Positions 25,917 through 32,000 of a DNA stretch of 32,000 nucleotides are shown one piece after another; position 1 is the first letter of the stretch; each line of letters opens with the position of its first letter. The stretch spans positions 750,001 to 782,000 of the forward strand of contig NZ_LN831039.1 in NCBI RefSeq assembly GCF_001457595.1, read 5' to 3'. This stretch comes from Mycolicibacterium smegmatis. Its GTDB lineage: Bacteria; Actinomycetota; Actinomycetes; Mycobacteriales; Mycobacteriaceae. The position numbers and the translations under genes were made by a program. A model generated the notes under the pieces. The model saw only the letters and a list, made by a program, of their open reading frames with translations. It was not told the DNA's origin and did not search any database.

Positions 25917-26822
25917 TCAGCCGGCGGTGGTCTCACCCGCGAAGCCCGTGATACCGCGGTCGGCCATCGCGTCACCGCGAGTCATCCTGCGGTACACCAG
26001 GAATCCGACGACGATCGCGACGAGTGCGGCCAACAGGAGCAGTGTCGCCAGGGCGTTGAGCGCAGGTGTGGGGGCAGCCCGCGCGGTGTTGTAGATCTTC
26101 ACCGAAACCGGTTCGGTGGCAGCGTCACTGGACAGATAGCGCACCAGGACGAAATCGTCGATCACGTCGGCGAACACCAGCACCGTGCTCGCGAAGATCG
26201 CAGGCATCAACATCGGCAGGGTCACGCGGCGCAGCGCGTCCAGCGGCGCCGCGCCGAGATCCATTGCCGCTTCCTCGTATTGTCGGCCGATGGTCGCCAG
26301 GCGGGCGCGGACCAGCACGGCCGGATACGCGATCTGGAAGGTGACCAGACCGATCACCTGCGCCGAGGTGCCCAACCCGATGGGCAGCGCCAACGACGTC
26401 ACCACGAACAGCAGCGCGACCGCCAGCAGCACCTCGGGGACGACGAACGATACGAGCATCAGCATGTTGGCGCCCGACGGCAACCGGCCCCGCCAGCGGT
26501 CGATGCCGATCGCGAACAGCACGCCGAGTGGCACGGTGATCAACGTGGTGATCACGCCGAGTTTCAGCGTCTGCAACAGTGCGGTGTGCAAAGCCGCGTC
26601 GTGCCACACCGATTTCACCGGGTCGCCCCAGTACCAGCGGAACGAGAAGCCCTCCCAGCGCGTGCGGGAACGTCCGTCGTTGAACGAGAACATCACCGCG
26701 ATCAGCACCGGAAGCAGTGACCACACCAGGTAGATCACCGTGACGCCCACCAGGATTCGCGGCGGCCGCCACGGATCGCGCCACCATGCGACAGGTGAGC
26801 GCAGGGTTCGCGCGGTGCTCAT
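25917..26822 (-). CDS. Polyamine-type (PotB/PotC family) ABC transporter permease
   Basis: ATG at 26822 forms an ATGA overlap with the upstream permease stop. The 301-aa polytopic protein has the EAA loop YEEAAMDLGAAPLDALRRVTLPMLMPAI. The track ORF to 27689 is an out-of-frame extension through the neighbouring gene. Confidence 0.85.
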   Translation of the reverse strand: MSTARTLRSPVAWWRDPWRPPRILVGVTVIYLVWSLLPVLIAVMFSFNDGRSRTRWEGFSFRWYWGDPVKSVWHDAALHTALLQTLKLGVITTLITVPLGVLFAIGIDRWRGRLPSGANMLMLVSFVVPEVLLAVALLFVVTSLALPIGLGTSAQVIGLVTFQIAYPAVLVRARLATIGRQYEEAAMDLGAAPLDALRRVTLPMLMPAIFASTVLVFADVIDDFVLVRYLSSDAATEPVSVKIYNTARAAPTPALNALATLLLLAALVAIVVGFLVYRRMTRGDAMADRGITGFAGETTAG

Positions 26823-27760
26823 GACGCCACCTCGTCGCCGCGTGAGGTCACGCGCACGTAGTAGAACATCGGCAGGACCGTCACGATCAGCACCAGCATC
26901 ACGAACGCGCCGGCCTGCCCGGTCTGGCCCGGCGCGTGCACGCTGTCGTTGATGAGGTTGCCCACCATGGCGGTCTTGGGGGACGCCGAGAGCATGTCGG
27001 AGGTGAAGTAGTCGCCCAGCATCGGCAGGCAGGTCAGCAGCACAGCCGCGACGATCGTGGGCCGGCACATCGGCAGCGTCACGCGCCAGAACGACGCCAA
27101 CCGGTCGGCGCCCAGATCCCGCGCGGCCTCCAGCGTCGACTGCGGCAGACGATCCAGACCCGCGTACAGGGGCAGGATCATGTACGGCACATAGCCGTAC
27201 ACCAGACCCAGGATCACCACGACGGGCTGACCGGTCAGCCAGTGCACGCTCGCGTCGAAGAAACCGCCGAACGACAGCAGACGGTTGACCATGCCGTCGT
27301 CCTGTAACAGGTTGACCCAGGCCAGCATCCGCATCATGTAGCTGATCCAGAACGGCGCGATCAGCAGTGCCAGCAGGATGCCCTTGCGCCGTCCGGACAG
27401 CCGAGCCACGTAGTACGCGACCGGGAACGCGATCAGCAGGCACAGCAGGCCGGCGATGCCCACGTAGACGGCGGTGCGGATCAGCGCAGGGCCGTAGACC
27501 TCGTTGGGGCCGATGCGCTCCAGCACGTACATGAACTGGGTGGCGTCCCAGTACAGCGGATTCCACACTGGCACCGGGGTCCGGAAGATCGGGTCGATCT
27601 GGCCGAACACGATGGCCGCCACCACATACAGTGGTGCGACGACGAACAGCAGCAGCCAGACCAGGCCCGGCGAGGCCAGCAGCGGCCACAGGGGATTGGT
27701 CCGCTCACGTGACGCCCTGCGTGGCCTCGAGGGCCCTGCCGGCGGCGCCGTCACCGCCAC
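26819..27760 (-). CDS. Polyamine-type (PotB/PotC family) ABC transporter permease
   Basis: GTG at 27760, 313 aa, polytopic. The EAA loop is TLEAARDLGADRLASFWRVTLPMCRPTI. Confidence 0.85.
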   Translation of the reverse strand: MAVTAPPAGPSRPRRASRERTNPLWPLLASPGLVWLLLFVVAPLYVVAAIVFGQIDPIFRTPVPVWNPLYWDATQFMYVLERIGPNEVYGPALIRTAVYVGIAGLLCLLIAFPVAYYVARLSGRRKGILLALLIAPFWISYMMRMLAWVNLLQDDGMVNRLLSFGGFFDASVHWLTGQPVVVILGLVYGYVPYMILPLYAGLDRLPQSTLEAARDLGADRLASFWRVTLPMCRPTIVAAVLLTCLPMLGDYFTSDMLSASPKTAMVGNLINDSVHAPGQTGQAGAFVMLVLIVTVLPMFYYVRVTSRGDEVAS

Positions 27761-27764
27761 GGAG

Positions 27765-29045
27765 TCAGGACCCTCCGGCCTTGAAGCCGCGCCAGACGTT
27801 GTGCCACGCGGCGTCGTTCTCGGCGTCGAGTTCCAGCAGGCGGTATCCGGCGTCGAAGTACTCGGGTTTGACGATCGCCGACGTCAGGTTCTCGGGGATG
27901 GTTCCGTCGGCGACCAGGGTGTCGGGATTGATCGACTTCTGCGGCGGCTGGTAGCCGATCTGCGTGAAGTTCTGTTGCGCCGAAACCGGATCCAGCATGT
28001 GGTTGAGGAACAGGTGTGCCAGCACCGGGTTCTTGCCGCTCTTGAGGATGACCATGAGGTCGTTGTCCACCAGGCCCTTGCCGTCGGCCGGGAACCAGTA
28101 CTGCAGGATCTCCGGCGGGGTGTTCTCGGGCAGGTAGCCGAGCGCCTGGATGATGTCACCCGACCACATCTGGGCCAGGCCGATCTGGCCTGCGGGCACA
28201 TCGTTGTACATCGTGATGGTGACCTTGGGGGAGGTCGCGGCCACCATCTGCCGGAGTTGTTCACCGACCATGTCCAGATCGGTCTGCGACGACGTGTTGA
28301 CATCGGTGATACCGTTGCGCAGCAGTACCATCGCCATCGCGGTGTGCCAGTCGTCGATGATCGCGGTCTTGTTCTTGTATCTCGGATCCCACAGCGCGTC
28401 ATACGGATTGGGCAACGCGCCGATGTCCTCGGGGACCTGGTCGGTGCGCCACCCGATTCCGGTGGTGTAGACGGTGTACGGCGTGGTGTAGCGCCACTCC
28501 TTGTCGTACCACGGGTTGGTGAACACCGGCCACACGTTCTCGATGTTCGGAATGTAGCTGTGGTTCAACGGTTTGAGCAGGCCACCGTTGACCAGCCGGC
28601 TGATCTGGTCGTAGCTGGGGAAGTAGATGTCGTAATCGACGTTGCCGCCGCGGATCTTGGTGATGGCTTCGTCGGTGTCGTTGAACGTCGAGACCTGGAC
28701 CTTGGTCTGGTACTTGTCCTCGAACGAGGACACCGCGTCGGGCGAGATGTAATCGGCATAGCTGTACAGCTGCAGGGTGGCGCCCTTCTCGGGTGCCAGC
28801 CCGTCGGCGATCGGCTCGTTGTCCGAGGCGATGTCCCATGTCACCGGGCTGCTCGGCGACGCGATGGTCAGGCTGGGGGCCGACGACCCCGGGCCCGACG
28901 GCCCGCCTTTGGAGCACGCGTCGAGCAGGACGCCCAGCGCCGGGGCGCTCGCGGCGATCAACGCGGCCCGCGTCAGGAACTGTCTACGGGTGGGCCCGGA
29001 GCGGGGCATCCCGTGCGGCAGTGCGTTTCCGGTGGGTCCAGGCAT
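27765..29045 (-). CDS. PotD/PotF-family ABC substrate-binding lipoprotein with Tat-type signal
   Basis: ATG at 29045 is preceded by AGGAGG. The N-terminus ...GPTRRQFLTRAALIAASAPALGVLLDAC has a twin-arginine motif (TRRQFL) and a lipobox (LLDAC). The 426-aa protein has the family-1/PotD-like fold pattern (LQLYSYADYISPD). Confidence 0.85.
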   Translation of the reverse strand: MPGPTGNALPHGMPRSGPTRRQFLTRAALIAASAPALGVLLDACSKGGPSGPGSSAPSLTIASPSSPVTWDIASDNEPIADGLAPEKGATLQLYSYADYISPDAVSSFEDKYQTKVQVSTFNDTDEAITKIRGGNVDYDIYFPSYDQISRLVNGGLLKPLNHSYIPNIENVWPVFTNPWYDKEWRYTTPYTVYTTGIGWRTDQVPEDIGALPNPYDALWDPRYKNKTAIIDDWHTAMAMVLLRNGITDVNTSSQTDLDMVGEQLRQMVAATSPKVTITMYNDVPAGQIGLAQMWSGDIIQALGYLPENTPPEILQYWFPADGKGLVDNDLMVILKSGKNPVLAHLFLNHMLDPVSAQQNFTQIGYQPPQKSINPDTLVADGTIPENLTSAIVKPEYFDAGYRLLELDAENDAAWHNVWRGFKAGGS

Positions 29046-29093
29046 ACCGGCCTCCTGCGGTCCGCGTCTTGTCGCTGGTTGGACTCTCGCATA

Positions 29094-29109
29094 GACTGAA
29101 CGCTCAGTC
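29094..29109. promoter_or_regulatory. Candidate operator: inverted repeat GACTGA-ACGC-TCAGTC in the divergent promoter region
   Basis: Perfect 6-bp arms with a 4-bp spacer. It is centred in the 134-bp region between the PotD-like gene (start 29045, minus) and the aminotransferase gene (start 29180, plus). Confidence 0.3.
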
Positions 29110-29179
29110 AAGGTACAAAACCGCACATCATCTGCTTCTTTGACCGGATGCGAGCGCGTACCTGAGTGGAGGTAATCCA

Positions 29180-30568
29180 GTGTCCTCGTCAATCGTCGGC
29201 TCCGCAGCGCAAGACGTCTCAAGCGACCGGGTCGACAGACTGATCGCCGATGAGGAACAGGTGTTCCTGCGCCGCCAGCCGCGCAGCGCGGAATTGATCG
29301 CACGCGCCCGTGAGCATCTCGCAGGCGGCGCGACGTCGAACTGGCAGATCGCCCAACCGCAGGCGGTGTGGTTGAGCCACGGGCACGGGTCCAAGGTGTA
29401 CGACGTCGACGGGACGGAGTACGTCGACATGCACGGCGGCTATGGCGCCTCGATCGCCGGGCACGCTCATCCCGCGATCGTCGACGCCGTGAGCCAACAG
29501 ATCCGACGCGGAACGCATTTCGCGCAGCCGACCGAGAACGCGATCTGGATCGCCGAGGAACTCTCGCGGCGTTTCGACCTGCCGCTGTGGCGCTTCGCCA
29601 ACTCCGGGACCGAGGCGACCATGGACGCGGTCCACCTCGCGCGGGCCGTCACCGGCCGCGACCTGATCATCAAGGTCGAGGGCTGCTACCACGGCCACCA
29701 CGACTCGGTGCAGGTGTCCGTGCTGCCGGAGCCCGACGAGGTCGGTCCCCGAGAGCATCCGGTGGGTGTTCCCGGCAACACCGGTATCCCCGAGGCGATC
29801 CGCAACCTCGTGGTCGTCGTCCCGTTCAACGACATCGAGGCCGTGGCGCGGGCGCTCACCGAGCACCGTGGACAGGTGGCCGCGATGATCCTGGAACCGG
29901 TGATGATGAACGCGGGCATCATCCCGCCGGCCCACGGTTACCTCGCCGGGATCCGGGATCTGCTGCACGAGGCCGGATCGCTGCTCATCTACGACGAGGT
30001 CAAGACCGGGTTCACCACCGGCCCGGGCGGCGTCACCGCCTCGAGTGGGGTGGTGCCCGACATCGTCTGTCTCGCCAAGGCGCTCGGCGGGGGTATCGCC
30101 GTCGCGGCCATCGGCGGCACCACGCGCGTCATGTCGGCCATCGCCGACGGACGCTACGAACAGGTCGGCACGTTCAACGGCAACCCCCTGGCGATGGCGG
30201 CCACCCGCGCCACCCTGAGCGAGGTGCTCACCGACGAGGCGTACGCGCATCTGGACTCTCTGGCCGCAGACCTGCGCGAGCGGTTGACGAGCGTGATCAC
30301 CGAGCACGGGGTTGACTGGCACGTGGTGGCCGTCGGCGCGAAAGGGTGCGTGACCTTCCGCAAGGAACCGGTGCGGGAATATCGTGATTTCCTGCAGATC
30401 GACGACCGCCTCGGCCATCTGCACTGGCTGATGCAGCACAACGGCGGTGTTTTCCTGCCGCCATGGGGGAAGGTGGAGCAATGGCTGCTGTCCGTCCAGC
30501 ACGACACCGCCGATGTCGACCGGTTCGTCGCCAACTTCGCACGCCTCGCCGCGGCGGTGGCCAACTGA
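29180..30568 (+). CDS. Class III PLP aminotransferase, glutamate-1-semialdehyde aminomutase (HemL)-like paralogue
   Basis: GTG at 29180 is preceded by GGAGG, 7 nt upstream. [24 protein letters not shown] and the PLP-lysine box [21 protein letters not shown] are present (compare HemL [21 protein letters not shown]). Confidence 0.9.
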   Translation: MSSSIVGSAAQDVSSDRVDRLIADEEQVFLRRQPRSAELIARAREHLAGGATSNWQIAQPQAVWLSHGHGSKVYDVDGTEYVDMHGGYGASIAGHAHPAIVDAVSQQIRRGTHFAQPTENAIWIAEELSRRFDLPLWRFANSGTEATMDAVHLARAVTGRDLIIKVEGCYHGHHDSVQVSVLPEPDEVGPREHPVGVPGNTGIPEAIRNLVVVVPFNDIEAVARALTEHRGQVAAMILEPVMMNAGIIPPAHGYLAGIRDLLHEAGSLLIYDEVKTGFTTGPGGVTASSGVVPDIVCLAKALGGGIAVAAIGGTTRVMSAIADGRYEQVGTFNGNPLAMAATRATLSEVLTDEAYAHLDSLAADLRERLTSVITEHGVDWHVVAVGAKGCVTFRKEPVREYRDFLQIDDRLGHLHWLMQHNGGVFLPPWGKVEQWLLSVQHDTADVDRFVANFARLAAAVAN

Positions 30569-30584
30569 GCGCGGAGGCCGGCCG

Positions 30585-31742
30585 GTGACCGGCGGTGCCA
30601 TCCGCCTGCACCAGTTGGCCAAGGCGTTCGAAGGGGTGCCCGCGGTCGCCGGTATCGACCTGGACATTCCTGCCGGACAGTTCTATTCGCTGCTCGGCGC
30701 GTCCGGCTGCGGCAAGACCACCACGCTGCGCATGATCGCCGGATTCGAGAAGCCCGACTCGGGCCGCATCGAACTCGACGGCCGCGACGTCGCGAGCGAC
30801 CCGCCCCACAAACGTCCCGTCAACACCGTCTTCCAGACCTACGCGCTGTTCCCGTTCATGAGCGTGTGGGACAACGTCGCCTTCGGCCTGCGCTACCAGA
30901 AGGCCCCGCGCGCCGAGGTCACCCGCCGCGTCGGAGAGGCCCTCGAACTGGTCCGCATGGCGGAGTTCGCCAAACGCAAACCCGCACAACTGTCCGGTGG
31001 ACAGCAGCAGCGAGTGGCACTCGCGCGCGCCCTGGTGCTGCGGCCCAGGGTGCTTCTGCTCGACGAACCGCTCGGGGCGCTCGACGCCAAGCTGCGCAAG
31101 CAGTTGCAGCTCGAACTGCGGGCCCTGCAGCGCGAGGTCGGCATCACGTTCGTGTACGTCACGCACGACCAGGAAGAAGCGCTCACGATGAGCGACCAGA
31201 TCGCGGTGATGGCCGAGGGGCGCGTCGAACAGGTCGGCGCACCCACCGAGATCTATTCGGCCCCCGCCACGACGTACGTCGCCGGATTTCTGGGCGCTGC
31301 CAACATCTTCGACGCCGAGCTCACCGAGGCGCCGGGGGCGACCGGCGGTGCGGCGGTGTGCACCGCGATGTCGACGCGACTGAGCGCCTGGGTGGACGGC
31401 GCTGCGGCGCCGGGTCCGGCCGCGATCGTCATCCGCCCCGAGCGCATCACGCTCCAGGGCCCCGACGAGCCCGTCGCGGCGGGTAGCAACGTCATCACGG
31501 GAACCGTGTCACACGTGGTGTACCTGGGTGCCTCGACGCAGGTCCATGTCGACGTGGGGGAGGCCAATTGGCTGGTGGTCGAGGTGCCCAATCATGCCGG
31601 GCCGCAGTCGGTGAGCCAGCAGGCCGGCGCGCGGGTGCACTGCGTGTGCACCCCGGACGCGGTTCGCGTGTTGACACGCAGCCCGGTTGCGGTGATCGCC
31701 GACCCGGTGGTGGAGCCGGAAACCGCGCTCAGCGCGCACTGA
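30585..31742 (+). CDS. Polyamine-type (PotA-like) ABC transporter ATP-binding protein
   Basis: GTG at 30585 is preceded by GGAGG, 7 nt upstream. Walker [11 protein letters not shown]-loop VFQTYALFP, signature [15 protein letters not shown], Walker [14 protein letters not shown]-terminal TOBE-like regulatory domain follows. The track ORF start at 30447 lies inside the aminotransferase gene. Confidence 0.9.
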   Translation: MTGGAIRLHQLAKAFEGVPAVAGIDLDIPAGQFYSLLGASGCGKTTTLRMIAGFEKPDSGRIELDGRDVASDPPHKRPVNTVFQTYALFPFMSVWDNVAFGLRYQKAPRAEVTRRVGEALELVRMAEFAKRKPAQLSGGQQQRVALARALVLRPRVLLLDEPLGALDAKLRKQLQLELRALQREVGITFVYVTHDQEEALTMSDQIAVMAEGRVEQVGAPTEIYSAPATTYVAGFLGAANIFDAELTEAPGATGGAAVCTAMSTRLSAWVDGAAAPGPAAIVIRPERITLQGPDEPVAAGSNVITGTVSHVVYLGASTQVHVDVGEANWLVVEVPNHAGPQSVSQQAGARVHCVCTPDAVRVLTRSPVAVIADPVVEPETALSAH

Positions 31743-31748
31743 GCGCGG

Positions 31749-32000
31749 TCAGCGGCGGCGCGGCTGCGAAGCCTTGGCCGACTTGGTGGCCTTCGCGGGC
31801 TTGCGGCCCGAGGCCTTCTTGGGCGGCAGATCGAGCTCACGCTCGCAAAACCGCATCGCGATCTGGTAGGCGACCTCCGCGTCGACCTCGGGATCATCGA
31901 GGGCCACCTGGATGGACAACCCGTCGAGCAGGGCCGAGAACTCCAGGGCGAAGAGCTTGGCGTCCACACCGCTGCGCAGCTCGCCGGGTTCGGCGGATTC
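31749..32000 (-). CDS. Probable TetR-family regulator, C-terminal fragment with a basic Lys/Ala/Pro tail (continues beyond right edge)
   Basis: The reverse frame is open to the window edge: ESAEPGELRSGVDAKLFALEFSALLDGLSIQVALDDPEVDAEVAYQIAMRFCERELDLPPKKASGRKPAKATKSAKASQPRRR*. The D..L.A...ALLDGL..Q pattern is typical of TetR ligand domains. Third-position G/C is high. Confidence 0.45.
   Translation of the reverse strand, partial: ESAEPGELRSGVDAKLFALEFSALLDGLSIQVALDDPEVDAEVAYQIAMRFCERELDLPPKKASGRKPAKATKSAKASQPRRR

Noticed and set aside
24127-26094. ORF 24127..26094(+) 655 aa, the longest in the region
   Set aside because: It runs antisense across the TetR gene, an intergenic gap, the Rieske oxygenase and into the permease gene. 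A real gene would not span three well-supported CDSs, and its translation is Arg/Gly/Ala/His-rich.
25917-29303. ORF 25917..27689(-) 590 aa, ORF 27504..29099(+) 531 aa, and the 512-aa long form of the binding protein (to 29303)
   Set aside because: The 590-aa ORF is the PotC-like gene plus an out-of-frame run through the neighbouring permease. The + ORF is antisense. The long binding-protein form precedes an ATG with a perfect AGGAGG and a complete Tat/lipobox signal, and it would overlap the divergent aminotransferase gene.
29219-31166. ORFs 29219..30667(-) 482 aa, 29368..30315(+) 315 aa and 30297..31166(-) 289 aa
   Set aside because: They are antisense or out of frame to the class III aminotransferase and PotA-like ATPase, both of which have diagnostic motifs.

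Overview
High-GC (about two-thirds G+C by eye) actinobacterial chromosomal DNA, almost entirely coding. It is most consistent with a fast-growing Mycobacterium/Mycolicibacterium. The phnD-phnC-phnE operon, the divergent GntR gene phnF and two TGGTCTATACCA palindromes between them match what I recall for the M. smegmatis Phn phosphate-uptake locus.

I support 33 CDS:
- a sulfatase-like fragment at the left edge
- a hypothetical protein
- a stand-alone PAP2 phosphatase converging on a PAP2-DAGK fusion
- a YkuD-type exported protein
- a SnoaL-like gene with an FAD-oxidoreductase::Rieske fusion
- a membrane-anchored Hsp70-like ATPase with a Pro/Thr tail
- a five-gene Dpp/Opp-type peptide ABC importer
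- an exported cupin and a Tat-exported GH16 glucanase
- phnDCE and phnF
- three same-strand genes: an exported protein with LAS-peptidase motifs, a polytopic membrane protein and a CopD-like protein
- an LLM/F420-type oxidoreductase and an SDR
- a TetR regulator, a Rieske oxygenase and a PotBCD-like transporter, divergent from a HemL-like class III aminotransferase plus the PotA-like ATPase
- a second TetR fragment at the right edge

I saw no rRNA, tRNA, CRISPR, IS element, integrase or phage gene. The many other long ORFs in the track are antisense or out-of-frame high-GC artefacts.

Nothing here looks like a defence system or a biosynthetic cluster. The best candidates for uncharacterised biology are:
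1. the Hsp70-fold ATPase - TM - mucin-like tail protein
2. the putative operon of LAS-motif exported protein, 7-TM protein and CopD-like protein
3. the divergent amine-type uptake/oxidation/transamination locus, whose ABC transporter is split between two operons
4. the overlapping PAP2 / PAP2-DAGK pair

All functional calls rest on motif recognition by eye and recalled family knowledge. No database search was run.
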